64,000 nucleotides of DNA from Planctomycetota bacterium (GCA_040264055.1 JBDQJC010000008.1:342-64341); one strand, 5' to 3'; shown: positions 35,795 through 45,354, counted from the first letter of the stretch. The notes: generated from the sequence alone by a model not told the origin. A program made the numbers and translations.

Positions 35795-36711
35795 AACGCT
35801 TCGGCTTAGCCTTCGTGCGTTGGTTCGACTCTTGGGCCGGCGTCGACGAAAGCGACGACCAGGTCCATGGCGTCGATTGGGCGCGCGTGTTGCCCTTCCT
35901 TGGCATGCACCTCGCGTGCTTGGCGATCTTGTGGGTTGGCGTGAGCCCGGTCGCAGTGGGTGTCGCGGTGGGTGGTTACTTCCTACGCATGTTTGCGATC
36001 ACGGCTTTCTACCACCGCTACTTCAGTCACCGCACCTTTCGCACTTCACGTGTTGTGCAGTTCCTTGGCGGTTTTCTTGGCGCTGCGTCGACGCAGCGCG
36101 GGCCGCTTTGGTGGGCTGCGCATCATCGCCTGCACCATCGGCATTCGGACGAAGCGCCCGATGTGCATTCGCCGGTGCAGCATTCCTTCTTGACCAGCCA
36201 CATGGGCTGGTTCCTCGACACCGCGAACTTCCGGACGCGCACCGAACAGATCCCTGATCTGATGAAGTTCCCCGAGTTGCGTTTGCTCGATCGTTTCGAT
36301 GTGCTCGCTCCGATCGCCTACGCCGTGGCCTGCCTGCTGCTTGGCATGGGCCTCGAGGCTTGGGCGCCTCAGCTCGGAACAAGTGGTCCGCAGATGTTGG
36401 TCTGGGGCTTCTTCGTATCGACGGTTGCGCTTTATCACGGCACCTTCACGATCAACTCTTTGGCGCATCGCTGGGGTTCGCGTCGTTACGACACCTCCGA
36501 CGACAGTCGCAACAACCTCTTCCTTTCGCTCATCACCATGGGCGAAGGCTGGCACAACAATCACCATTTTCATCCTGGAAGTGCGCGGCAAGGATTCCGC
36601 TGGTATGAGTTCGATCCGAGCTACTACCTTCTGAAGCTTATGGAAGGCTTGCGCTTGGTCCACGATGTGCGCGGCGTGCCCGAGCGCGTGGTCCGATCCG
36701 GAGATCGCTAG
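35791..36711 (+). CDS. Membrane acyl-lipid/acyl-CoA desaturase (delta-9 type, three His boxes)
   Basis: HRYFSHR, HHRLHHRHSD and HNNHHFH boxes. GTG 35791 overlaps the upstream stop (GTGA). Confidence 0.85.
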   Translation: MKRFGLAFVRWFDSWAGVDESDDQVHGVDWARVLPFLGMHLACLAILWVGVSPVAVGVAVGGYFLRMFAITAFYHRYFSHRTFRTSRVVQFLGGFLGAASTQRGPLWWAAHHRLHHRHSDEAPDVHSPVQHSFLTSHMGWFLDTANFRTRTEQIPDLMKFPELRLLDRFDVLAPIAYAVACLLLGMGLEAWAPQLGTSGPQMLVWGFFVSTVALYHGTFTINSLAHRWGSRRYDTSDDSRNNLFLSLITMGEGWHNNHHFHPGSARQGFRWYEFDPSYYLLKLMEGLRLVHDVRGVPERVVRSGDR

Positions 36712-38039
36712 TGCGCATTGCGGTCATCGGAAGCGGGGTCTCCGGATTGGTCGCGGCGTGGCTGCTTGCTCGCAAGCACGAGGTTGTGCTGTACGAATCG
36801 GCCGACCGCCTCGGGGGTCATGCGCATACCACCGAAGTCGACCTTGGCCAGGGGCCGATCGCAGTCGACACTGGCTTCATCGTCTTCAATCATCGCACTT
36901 ACCCGCTCTTTCGGCGGGTACTCCAGGAACTCGGGGTCGCCGAAGCGAATTCCGATATGAGTTTCAGCGCGTCGATTCCGGCGCGCAGGATCGAATACAA
37001 CGGCACCAACCTGAATACATTGTTCGCGCAGCGCCGCAACCTGTTGCGGCCGTCGTTCTGGCGCATGGTGCGTGGAATCCTGCGCTTTTACAAGCAAGCT
37101 CGCGAGTTGTTAGAGCCGGGCGCTGAAGAAATCACGCTCGGTGATTACCTCGCCAAGCGGGCTTACTCCAAGGAGTTTGTCGACGACCATCTGGTGCCGA
37201 TGGCGGCCGCCGTTTGGTCAACCGATCGCGTGCGCATGATGGATTTTCCAGCGCGCTTCCTGGTTCGCTTCTTTGATCATCATGGCTTCATGGAAGTCGA
37301 CAATCGGCCGCCATGGTTCACGGTGGCCGGCGGCTCGCGCGAGTATGTCCGCGCCATCGCGCGCGAACTCGGCCCAAGCGTTCGCTTGAACGACGCCGTG
37401 CTCCGAGTGCGCCGCGATACAACGAGTCATTCCAGCCCCGCGCAAAGCGTGCACGTGCATTCGAAACAGGGCGAGGAATCTTATGACCAAGTCGTGCTCG
37501 CGACCCACAGCGATACCGCGCTCCAACTCCTTGCCGATCCAAGCGACGCCGAGCGCGAAGTTCTTGGCGCGCTCCCATACCAAGAGAATGTGGCTCAGTT
37601 GCATTCGGACGCGCGAGTTATGCCGCGCAAGCGCAAGGCTTGGGCAAGCTGGAACTATCACGTTGGTTCGGACCAAAGTGCGCCGCCCACCATCACCTAT
37701 TGGATGAATCTGCTGCAAGGGATCGAATCCACCGAGCCTCTCTTTGTCTCGCTCAATCGTGAAGCAGAAATCGATCCGACTAAGGTGCATGGCCGCTGGA
37801 TCTACCATCACCCGCTCTACACCGCGGCAACAGTTGCGGCCCAGGCGCGCCGACCCGAGATTCAGGGGGTCGATCGCGTTTGGTACGCCGGTGCATATTG
37901 GGGTTACGGTTTCCATGAAGACGGCGCACGCTCGGGTGTCGAGGTCGCGCGCCGACTTGGAGTTCCCTTTGCGGAGGATCTGGCCGAACGAGAGATTGAT
38001 CGCTTGCTGATCGCCGGTGCACAGGAGCTCCCCGCATGA
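36711..38039 (+). CDS. NAD/FAD-binding amine-oxidase-like oxidoreductase (UfaD-like)
   Basis: RIAVIGSGVSGLVAAWLL dinucleotide fold. GTG 36711 overlaps the desaturase stop (TAGTG). Confidence 0.85.
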   Translation: MRIAVIGSGVSGLVAAWLLARKHEVVLYESADRLGGHAHTTEVDLGQGPIAVDTGFIVFNHRTYPLFRRVLQELGVAEANSDMSFSASIPARRIEYNGTNLNTLFAQRRNLLRPSFWRMVRGILRFYKQARELLEPGAEEITLGDYLAKRAYSKEFVDDHLVPMAAAVWSTDRVRMMDFPARFLVRFFDHHGFMEVDNRPPWFTVAGGSREYVRAIARELGPSVRLNDAVLRVRRDTTSHSSPAQSVHVHSKQGEESYDQVVLATHSDTALQLLADPSDAEREVLGALPYQENVAQLHSDARVMPRKRKAWASWNYHVGSDQSAPPTITYWMNLLQGIESTEPLFVSLNREAEIDPTKVHGRWIYHHPLYTAATVAAQARRPEIQGVDRVWYAGAYWGYGFHEDGARSGVEVARRLGVPFAEDLAEREIDRLLIAGAQELPA

Positions 38040-38866
38040 GCCGCATCGACGCAAGAGCAAGTGTTCCCGGTTGCTCCATCTATCGGGGGGTCGTGCGCCA
38101 CAAGCGCAGCGCACCGGTGCGTCATGACTTCCGCTACCGCGTCTTCCTGTTTGGGCTCGACCTTGCGCACATCGAAGAAGCCATGGCGTGCAGTCGATTG
38201 CTTGGCTACGAACGCGCCGCTCATTCGAGCTATCGACGCGCGGACTACTTCGGAGATCCAAGCATCCCGCTCGACCAAGCGGTGCGCGATCGCGTCGAAA
38301 CTGAGACCGGAACGCGCCCGACGGGCCCGATCGAGTTGGTTTCGCAACTGCGGACCTTTGGCTACTCCTTCAATCCGGTCAGCTTTTACTACTGCTGGAC
38401 GCCGGACCGAAGTGCGCTGCAAGCAGTCCTCGCCGAGATCACCAACACGCCGTGGAGCGAGCGGCATGCCTATGTGCTGGCTTGGCCAGAGCGAAAGCCG
38501 AACGCAGCTGCGCAGCAGAAGCCGCGCCGCAGCCAGCGCTGGCAGTTCCGCAAGAGTTTTCACATTTCTCCGTTCAGCCCGATGGAAATCGAGCATGACT
38601 GGCGCTTTGCACAGCCTGGGAAACGCCTCGGTGTGCACATGATCAATCGCGCGCCCGAACGAGGTGCCGAGTTTGAAGCAACTTTGTTGATGGAGCGCCG
38701 CGACTTCAACGCGCGCGAGGTGCGGCGCGCGATCCTGCGCCATCCTTGCCTGCCAACCAAGACGCTACTCGGCATCTACTGGCAAGCCCTAAAGTTGTGG
38801 ATCAAGCGCGCACCCTTCCACACCCATCCCGCAAAACGCGCAACCGCGCCAACCAAACCGTCATGA
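38036..38866 (+). CDS. DUF1365 protein (UfaO-like)
   Basis: IYRGVVRHKRSAPVRHDFRYRVFLFGLDL is a typical DUF1365 N-terminus. ATGA overlap with the upstream gene. Confidence 0.8.
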   Translation: MSRIDARASVPGCSIYRGVVRHKRSAPVRHDFRYRVFLFGLDLAHIEEAMACSRLLGYERAAHSSYRRADYFGDPSIPLDQAVRDRVETETGTRPTGPIELVSQLRTFGYSFNPVSFYYCWTPDRSALQAVLAEITNTPWSERHAYVLAWPERKPNAAAQQKPRRSQRWQFRKSFHISPFSPMEIEHDWRFAQPGKRLGVHMINRAPERGAEFEATLLMERRDFNAREVRRAILRHPCLPTKTLLGIYWQALKLWIKRAPFHTHPAKRATAPTKPS

Positions 38867-40206
38867 GCCAAAGCCGTACTGCTACTCCTTCGCGTTCTGC
38901 CACAAGTTCGAGCGCGCCCCGCGATGTGACCGCGACCCGCCCCGGTTGGCTGACGCGCGTGGCCGGAAAATCGCTGGCGAAGATCGGCAGGAAAGGGCTG
39001 ATGTCAGCTCTTGGGAAGCTGCAGTTTGGGCTCTTGACTTTGGAGGAGAATGGCCAGGTGCATGAGTTCGGCCAAGCAACGGCCGATGGCCTAGCCGCGA
39101 AAGTCACGGTGCACGATCCTCGCTTTTGGACGGAGCTGCTTGCGCACGGAACGATTGGCGCGGGCGAGTCTTTTCGTCAAGGCTGGTGGACGACCGACAA
39201 TCTAACGATGGTGGTGCGCATTCTGGTCCGCAACCGCAGCGTCATGCAAGGCATGGAAGGCGGCCTGGCGGCCCTGGCGGCACCGATTCGCAAGGCCGCA
39301 CACTGGTCGAATCGCAACACGGTGGATGGAAGCCGCAAGAACATTGAGGCGCACTACGACCTTTCGAATGACTTCTTTGCCCAGTTCCTGGACCCAACGA
39401 TGACTTACTCGTGCGGGATCTACGCCAAAGAAGACTCCACGCTCGAAGAGGCCTCGATCGAAAAGATCGACCGACTGTGTCGCAAGCTCGATTTGCAGCC
39501 TGGCGATCGTTTGCTGGAAATCGGCACGGGCTGGGGCGCCTTCGCACTGCATGCCGCCGGCGAGTACGGTGCCCAGGTATCGACGACCACGATCTCGACG
39601 CGTCAGGCCGAATGGGCTGCGCGCCGCTTTCAAGAAGAAGGGCTGACGGATCGCATCACTCTGTTGCAGCAGGACTACCGCAAGCTTGAGGGTAAGTTCG
39701 ACAAGATTGTTTCAGTCGAGATGATTGAAGCAATTGGTTGGAAGTATTTCGACTCGTATTTCCGAGTGCTCGGTGAGCGCCTGGAAGATCATGGCCTTGC
39801 CGCGATCCAAGCGATCACGATTGCCGACCAACATTACGAGGAAGCACGCGACTCCGTCGACTTCATCCAGAAGTACATCTTCCCGGGATGCTGCATTCCA
39901 TCGGTAAGTGCCTTGCTCGCTGCGGCGACCAAGTCGAGTGACCTCAAGCTGGTGCATCTTGAAGACATCACGCCGCACTACACCCGTACGCTTGCGACCT
40001 GGCGCGAGAACATGTTCGCCAACGAGGAAAAGGTGCAAGCTCTCGGTCTCGACGAGAAGTTTCTCCGCACCTGGGACTACTACTTCAGCTACTGCGAAGG
40101 CGGCTTTGCCGAGCAGCACATTGGCGACGTGCAGTTGCTGTTTGCGAAGCCAGGTTTCCGCGGGCAGGCTCCGCTGCCCGATCTCGCGCCTCGGGCCTCG
40201 GCATGA
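38863..40206 (+). CDS. cfa: Cyclopropane-fatty-acyl-phospholipid synthase family methyltransferase
   Basis: HYDLSNDFFAQFLDPTMTYSCGIY and LLEIGTGWGAF. Internal ATG 38863 overlaps the DUF1365 stop (ATGA). Confidence 0.9.
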   Translation: MSQSRTATPSRSATSSSAPRDVTATRPGWLTRVAGKSLAKIGRKGLMSALGKLQFGLLTLEENGQVHEFGQATADGLAAKVTVHDPRFWTELLAHGTIGAGESFRQGWWTTDNLTMVVRILVRNRSVMQGMEGGLAALAAPIRKAAHWSNRNTVDGSRKNIEAHYDLSNDFFAQFLDPTMTYSCGIYAKEDSTLEEASIEKIDRLCRKLDLQPGDRLLEIGTGWGAFALHAAGEYGAQVSTTTISTRQAEWAARRFQEEGLTDRITLLQQDYRKLEGKFDKIVSVEMIEAIGWKYFDSYFRVLGERLEDHGLAAIQAITIADQHYEEARDSVDFIQKYIFPGCCIPSVSALLAAATKSSDLKLVHLEDITPHYTRTLATWRENMFANEEKVQALGLDEKFLRTWDYYFSYCEGGFAEQHIGDVQLLFAKPGFRGQAPLPDLAPRASA

Positions 40207-40730
40207 TGTTGCTTCTACTCTTCGTGCTCTTCCAAAGCGCATGGTTCGCCTGCGTATGGGGTGGCGCTCAAGGCCAAGCTTGGCCGGGCGTCCTGGCGAC
40301 CGCAGCGCTACTTGCCTACCTTGGCTGGAAGACGCGACCCGCTGATGTACTGCGCCGCGCCGCGGTCGGTGCTGGCCTGGGTGGCATACTCGATGGCGGC
40401 CTGCTCTATGCCGACATGACCGCTTTCCCGCAACATGCGGGTGCCCTACTCCCCATCTGGATGCTCGCGTTGTGGGCTGGGTTCGCTGGAGTCCTTCCGC
40501 ACATGGTCCCTTGGCTGGCCGGGCGACGCCTCCTCGCAATCGCCTTTGGCGCGGTCGGCGGACCGCTCGCCTACTACTCGGCGCAAGCACTCGGCGCGAT
40601 CGAAGTCGCTGGCTTGCCCGGATTCGCCGCCGTCGCCGCTGCCTGGGCGCTGGCCATGGCCATGCTTCCACTCGAAGACTTTGCGCGGCCGCAAAAGCCC
40701 GCCCTTGGCAGTTCGTCATCCGGGGGCTAA
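40203..40730 (+). CDS. Small polytopic membrane protein (DUF2878-like)
   Basis: ATGA overlap with cfa. Four or five TM helices with a FQSAWFACVWG start. Family assignment is from memory of this conserved cluster. Confidence 0.6.
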   Translation: MMLLLLFVLFQSAWFACVWGGAQGQAWPGVLATAALLAYLGWKTRPADVLRRAAVGAGLGGILDGGLLYADMTAFPQHAGALLPIWMLALWAGFAGVLPHMVPWLAGRRLLAIAFGAVGGPLAYYSAQALGAIEVAGLPGFAAVAAAWALAMAMLPLEDFARPQKPALGSSSSGG

Positions 40731-40739
40731 GTCCGCCAT

Positions 40740-41534
40740 GTGCCGATACCACTTCAGCAGGGCGTGCTTTATGGCCCCGTCGCATCACGGCGGTATGGCC
40801 GCAGCCTAGGGGTCAACCCGCTCTCGGGTACCCGCAAGCTGTGCTCGCTCGATTGTGCGTACTGTCAATACGGGGCAACAGCGCAAAAGGAATCGACCGC
40901 TTGCACCTCCAGCTCGAGCACCGAGCTGCCGCGCACTGCCGAGTTAATCGAGGCATTCGAAGTCGGCTTTGCCAAGCTAGCTCAGAAAGACCAGGTGCCC
41001 GACCGCATCACGATAGCCGGAAACGGCGAGCCAACGATGCACCCCGGCTTCCATGTTTGGATGTATGCGCTGGCCGACGCCCGCGATCGGCACTTTGGCA
41101 AGCGCGTCCCGATTGGCTTGCTCTCGAACGGGCTGCATCTGCAGCGAGCCACCGTGCGCGAAGCCATCGTCGATTGTGTCGACGAAGCCGCCTTCAAACT
41201 TGAAGTCGGCACAATCGAGACCTTCGAGGCCATGTATCGCACTCCTGGTGGCGCCTTCTTGCGCACACTTGATGGCCTGCGCCAGCTCGACAACTTCGTC
41301 GTGCAAGCGCTGTTTGTGCGGGGACCTCAGGTCGACAACGCGCGAGAAGAAGAAGTCAGCGCGTGGCTGGAACGCCTCGATGAGTTAAAGCCGCGGATTG
41401 ACAGCATCGAGATCTTCACGATTTCCCGCGAGCCCGATCCTGCAGCGCAGCTGCGCCCCATCGATGCGGATGAGCTGCAGTGGATCGCCACGCGCGCTCG
41501 CGCTGCCGGGCACAAGGTCGATTTGATTCGCTAA
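40740..41534 (+). CDS. Radical SAM protein (COG0731-like)
   Basis: YGPVASRRYGRSLGVNPL...CSLDCAYC (CxxxCxxC) and GNGEPTMHP. GTG start 9 nt after the preceding gene. Confidence 0.75.
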   Translation: MPIPLQQGVLYGPVASRRYGRSLGVNPLSGTRKLCSLDCAYCQYGATAQKESTACTSSSSTELPRTAELIEAFEVGFAKLAQKDQVPDRITIAGNGEPTMHPGFHVWMYALADARDRHFGKRVPIGLLSNGLHLQRATVREAIVDCVDEAAFKLEVGTIETFEAMYRTPGGAFLRTLDGLRQLDNFVVQALFVRGPQVDNAREEEVSAWLERLDELKPRIDSIEIFTISREPDPAAQLRPIDADELQWIATRARAAGHKVDLIR

Positions 41535-41564
41535 CGCCGCTGCTTTTCGTGCAAAGCGCAGATT

Positions 41565-41570
41565 TAGGAT
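41565..41570 (+). promoter_or_regulatory. -10-like TAGGAT, 6 nt before ATG 41577
   Basis: TAGGATCTGGGCATG (see 33933). Confidence 0.4.
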
Positions 41571-41576
41571 CTGGGC

Positions 41577-43112
41577 ATGCCCTTGCCCCGCCACCTGGTC
41601 CTGCTCAGTCTCGCAATCACTAGCCTGCTTGCCCCTACCGCAGCATCGCAAGAATCCGATCAAGAAACTGAGCGCATCCGGCAAACATGGAACAGGGTTT
41701 TTCAGCGCACCGCGGAACGCGGCGAGAAATGGGAAGCCAACGAGTTCCTAGCGAAAGCAATTGCGGGGCGACATCCTGGAAAGGCTCTCGATATCGGTAT
41801 GGGCCAAGGTCGCAATGCTCTGTTCCTAGCAGAGAGCGGCTGGGACGCCACCGGCTTCGACATCTCGGACGAAGCCGTCGCACAATGTAAGGCCCAAGCC
41901 AAAGCAGCTGGACTTGAACTTCATGCCCTGCAGGCTGACATCAATTCCTTTGACTACGGGGTCGAGCAATGGGATTTGGTGACAGGGATGTACATGCATT
42001 CTCTGCTGACCGGACAAGCCGAATCCATTATGCGCGCCTTGAAGCCAGGCGGAATCTTGGTCATCGAGGGATTTCATCGCGACTTAAACAGCGAGAGTGT
42101 GCAAGGGGGTTACTTCGGGTTTTCGAGCAATGAGTTGCGCCGCGTGTTTGGAGATTTGCGCGTTCTGCACTACGAAGACCTCACGGCGCAGGCCGACTGG
42201 GGCGGTCGTTGGCGAAGCGGCAGCCCGATTGTGCGTTTCCTCGCTCGCAAGCCGCGCGAGGTCATCGCTGGTTTGCGCGGGCCAGCACTTGGACAACAGC
42301 CGCCGACCGATGTCCCGACTCGATTTGCGCCAGGAATTGTCAGCACCGAGGCAATCGAACTGAATGGAGTCTTCACCGATAACGGTCGCGAATTCTTGTT
42401 TACGCGCCGGGTCCATGATGAGTTTCGTATGCATCGCATGGTGCTTGAAGATGGTGAATGGACGCGACCGCAGCCACTCGACCTGCTTCCTGGGTCCCCT
42501 TCGGCTCTGTCCGTTGACATGACGATCAGCGCCAATGGTCAACAGTTGGTCTGGGTCGGTCCCGGCGAGAAGCTGGACTTGTGGTCGAGTCAACGCATCG
42601 GTCTCGAGTGGTCGACCGCAAGCAAGCTAGGTGCGCCAATTTCCACCGATGCACAAGAGATCTACCCTTGCTTCGTCAGCGATGGAAGTCTGTACTTCGC
42701 ATCGAATCGCGATGGCGGCCAGGGAGGCTCGGACCTTTGGCGAGCTCAACGCAAGCCCGACGGAAGTTTTGCCACGCCGGTAAACCTTGGACCTTCGATC
42801 AACACCGAACACAATGAAGGCGATGCGTGGATCTCCGCAGATGAATCGATGCTCGTTGTGGCAAGCGACCGGCCAGGAGGACTCGGCCTCTATGACCTCT
42901 ACATTTCATTTCGACAACCTGATGACTCATGGAGCAAGCCCAGGAACATGGGGCCGAAGTTCAATACAGAATGGATAGTTTATTGCCCCATGGGATCGCT
43001 CGGTGGCCAGTCGTTCCTATTCTCAAGACGAAATGGAAAGACCTGGGCCGAAATGACCGAAGGCGACATCTATTGGGTCGACGCTTCAGCACTGGAGACT
43101 TTCCGTGACTAA
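41577..43112 (+). CDS. Signal-peptide-bearing class I SAM methyltransferase (TehB/TPMT-like) fused to a TolB-type PD40 beta-propeller
   Basis: Signal LVLLSLAITSLLAPTAASQ. SAM motif ALDIGMGQGRNALFLAESGWDATGFDIS. PD40 repeats SDGSLYFASNRDGGQGGSDLW and LVVASDRPGGLGLYDLY. Confidence 0.75.
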   Translation: MPLPRHLVLLSLAITSLLAPTAASQESDQETERIRQTWNRVFQRTAERGEKWEANEFLAKAIAGRHPGKALDIGMGQGRNALFLAESGWDATGFDISDEAVAQCKAQAKAAGLELHALQADINSFDYGVEQWDLVTGMYMHSLLTGQAESIMRALKPGGILVIEGFHRDLNSESVQGGYFGFSSNELRRVFGDLRVLHYEDLTAQADWGGRWRSGSPIVRFLARKPREVIAGLRGPALGQQPPTDVPTRFAPGIVSTEAIELNGVFTDNGREFLFTRRVHDEFRMHRMVLEDGEWTRPQPLDLLPGSPSALSVDMTISANGQQLVWVGPGEKLDLWSSQRIGLEWSTASKLGAPISTDAQEIYPCFVSDGSLYFASNRDGGQGGSDLWRAQRKPDGSFATPVNLGPSINTEHNEGDAWISADESMLVVASDRPGGLGLYDLYISFRQPDDSWSKPRNMGPKFNTEWIVYCPMGSLGGQSFLFSRRNGKTWAEMTEGDIYWVDASALETFRD

Positions 43113-43830
43113 GAACTCAAGCCTCTCTGCCTCCAAGTTTCGAGCACTATTCTTTGAGCTGCTCGTCGTGTTCATTGGCTTGCTTGCGGCACTTCAGGTG
43201 GATCAATGGCAAGATCGACGCGCTTTCGCCAAAGCCGAGGTCCGATACCTTGAGCGCCTCGACTCGGAGTTGACGGAATTCCTGCAGACTATGGATTGGA
43301 TGCAAGGGTTCGTTCAACGCAACCTCGACGGCGTCACGGCGGTTCATGAGGCCTTGGCCGCCGGAGTACTTGACCCCGAGCGCGCTGCGGCGTTTGAGGT
43401 CGGCCTGCTCCGCGTCGCCCACCTTCCATCTATTTCGGTGCCTCGCTCGACGTATGATGAGATGGTTGCATCGGGAAGTCTTGCCCGGTTGAAGTCGGAA
43501 GAGCTGAAGAAAGGGCTCTCTGAGTTCTACACGCTCGACACCATGACCAAGGAGAACTTCAACTGGTGGCGCGCAGGAGCCATGCAAACCGCGCGTGAAC
43601 TTTCCAATCATGTGAGCTACCACATAGTCGAAAAATCCGAAGACGAAAATGGCCGGACCCGCTACACGCAGGGTGTGGAGTTCGATTTTGATGCACTCCA
43701 AGAAAACCTCGTGATTCGCAACGGCTTTTTTTGGGCCGTCGACACCCACGATGACTGGAAGCGATTTTTGACTGAGTTAGTCGAACTCGCAGAAAAATCC
43801 CGTGCGTCGATTCGCGCCGAACTCAACTAA
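43105..43830 (+). CDS. N-terminally anchored hypothetical protein (DUF6090-like)
   Basis: FFELLVVFIGLLAALQVDQWQD anchor. GTG start overlaps the upstream gene by 8 nt. Lower GC than its neighbours. Confidence 0.55.
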   Translation: MTKNSSLSASKFRALFFELLVVFIGLLAALQVDQWQDRRAFAKAEVRYLERLDSELTEFLQTMDWMQGFVQRNLDGVTAVHEALAAGVLDPERAAAFEVGLLRVAHLPSISVPRSTYDEMVASGSLARLKSEELKKGLSEFYTLDTMTKENFNWWRAGAMQTARELSNHVSYHIVEKSEDENGRTRYTQGVEFDFDALQENLVIRNGFFWAVDTHDDWKRFLTELVELAEKSRASIRAELN

Positions 43831-43845
43831 GCTCCATCCCTGACC

Positions 43846-45354
43846 ATGTTGCTGCGCCTGCTCCTATCGATTCCCGCTCTCTTCATCGTTTCACCCTTAC
43901 TCGGCCAAGAAGCCGAGGATGCCGCTGAGAAACCTGCACCAGAATGGGTCTCGATTAAGGCGGGTCATTCGATTCAGCTTGAAGGGCGTGAACTGAAGTA
44001 CACCAGCATCGCCGAGACGATTCATCTGAACGACCAAGCCGGCGCGCCCGAGGCGGAGTTCTTTAGCTTCTCGTACTTCGCGGAAACGGACGCCGCCCAG
44101 TCCACGCGCCCCGTGGTCTTCGCTTTCAATGGCGGACCTGGCTCCGCGTCGATTTGGCTGCACATGGGGGTGCTTGGTCCCAAACGAGTGGTGGTACCCA
44201 GCGATGCGCACGCTGCCGGCGCGCCGCCCTACCCAGTGGTCGACAACCCGCACACTCTGCTCGCGGTTGCTGATTTGGTCATGATTGACCCGATAGGCAC
44301 AGGCTTTAGCCGGGTCGTCAACGAGGGCGAAAACGGTGACCATTGGGGCGTCGACGAAGACGCGGAATCGGTTGCGCGCTTCATTCGCACCTGGTTGACT
44401 CGCCATCAACGCTGGGCTTCGCCGAAGTACATCTTGGGCGAAAGCTACGGCGGCATTCGCGGCCCGCTGCTGGTCCGCGAGTTGCAAAGTGGATTTAACG
44501 CAGTCGCCTTGAACGGCTTGATCTTGATCTCGCCGGCGCTCGACATGGAAATGGTCGATGGTCAAGACAACGACGCGGCCTATGCGACGGTCATTCCCAC
44601 CTATGCTGCGACCGCTTGGTATCACAACGCGCTCCCCGAGCGCCCCGCCAAGCTCGAGCCATTTCTTGACGAAGTGCGCGCTTTCGTGCGCGAGGAATAC
44701 GTGCCCGCGCTGTTTGCCGGGCGCGACCTACCCAAGGCGCAATACGACGCCGTGGTCGCCAAGTTGCAGCGCTACACCGGCCTGTCTGAAGACTACTGGC
44801 GGCGCGCCAACTTGAAAGTCTCGACGAACCGCTTCCGTCGCGAACTGCTGCGCGATCGCGGCACGGTAGTCGGACGACTCGATACCCGCTATACCGGCAC
44901 TGAAGCCGACGCCGTCGGTGAGCTTCCAAGCGGCGATCCCTTTGGCTCGGGAATCAGCGGCGCCTACGTTTCCGGCTTCCGGCACTACTTGCAGACGGAA
45001 CTTGGCGTGAACGACTTTGACCGCCTCTATGAAGTCATGAACGGCGAAGCGAGTGGCGAATGGAAGCGTCCGGAAGAACTCGAAACAGCCTTCGCTGGCT
45101 ACCTCGATGTGGCTCCCGCGCTTGCCCGCGGCATGGCAAGCAACCCCGACCTACGGCTGTTCGTCGGCAACGGCTATTACGACATCGCCACGAGCTTCTT
45201 TGCGGCTGAGCACAACATCGCACGCAGCACGATGCCCCTCGATCGCATCACGTTGCGCAACTACCCCGCAGGTCACATGATGTACGTGCACGAGCCGAGC
45301 TTTGAGGCACTCGCCAAAGACCTCGCCGACTTCATTCGTGCCGGTCAGCGCTAA
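43846..45354 (+). CDS. Secreted S10-family serine carboxypeptidase
   Basis: FNGGPGSAS, GESYGG (nucleophile) and PAGHMMY (His) motifs, plus a signal peptide. Confidence 0.8.
   Translation: MLLRLLLSIPALFIVSPLLGQEAEDAAEKPAPEWVSIKAGHSIQLEGRELKYTSIAETIHLNDQAGAPEAEFFSFSYFAETDAAQSTRPVVFAFNGGPGSASIWLHMGVLGPKRVVVPSDAHAAGAPPYPVVDNPHTLLAVADLVMIDPIGTGFSRVVNEGENGDHWGVDEDAESVARFIRTWLTRHQRWASPKYILGESYGGIRGPLLVRELQSGFNAVALNGLILISPALDMEMVDGQDNDAAYATVIPTYAATAWYHNALPERPAKLEPFLDEVRAFVREEYVPALFAGRDLPKAQYDAVVAKLQRYTGLSEDYWRRANLKVSTNRFRRELLRDRGTVVGRLDTRYTGTEADAVGELPSGDPFGSGISGAYVSGFRHYLQTELGVNDFDRLYEVMNGEASGEWKRPEELETAFAGYLDVAPALARGMASNPDLRLFVGNGYYDIATSFFAAEHNIARSTMPLDRITLRNYPAGHMMYVHEPSFEALAKDLADFIRAGQR

Noticed and set aside
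39712-40788. 358-aa minus-strand ORF across cfa and the DUF2878-like gene
   Set aside because: The product is extremely Arg-rich. It lies antisense to a CFA synthase with clear motifs and to translationally coupled neighbours.
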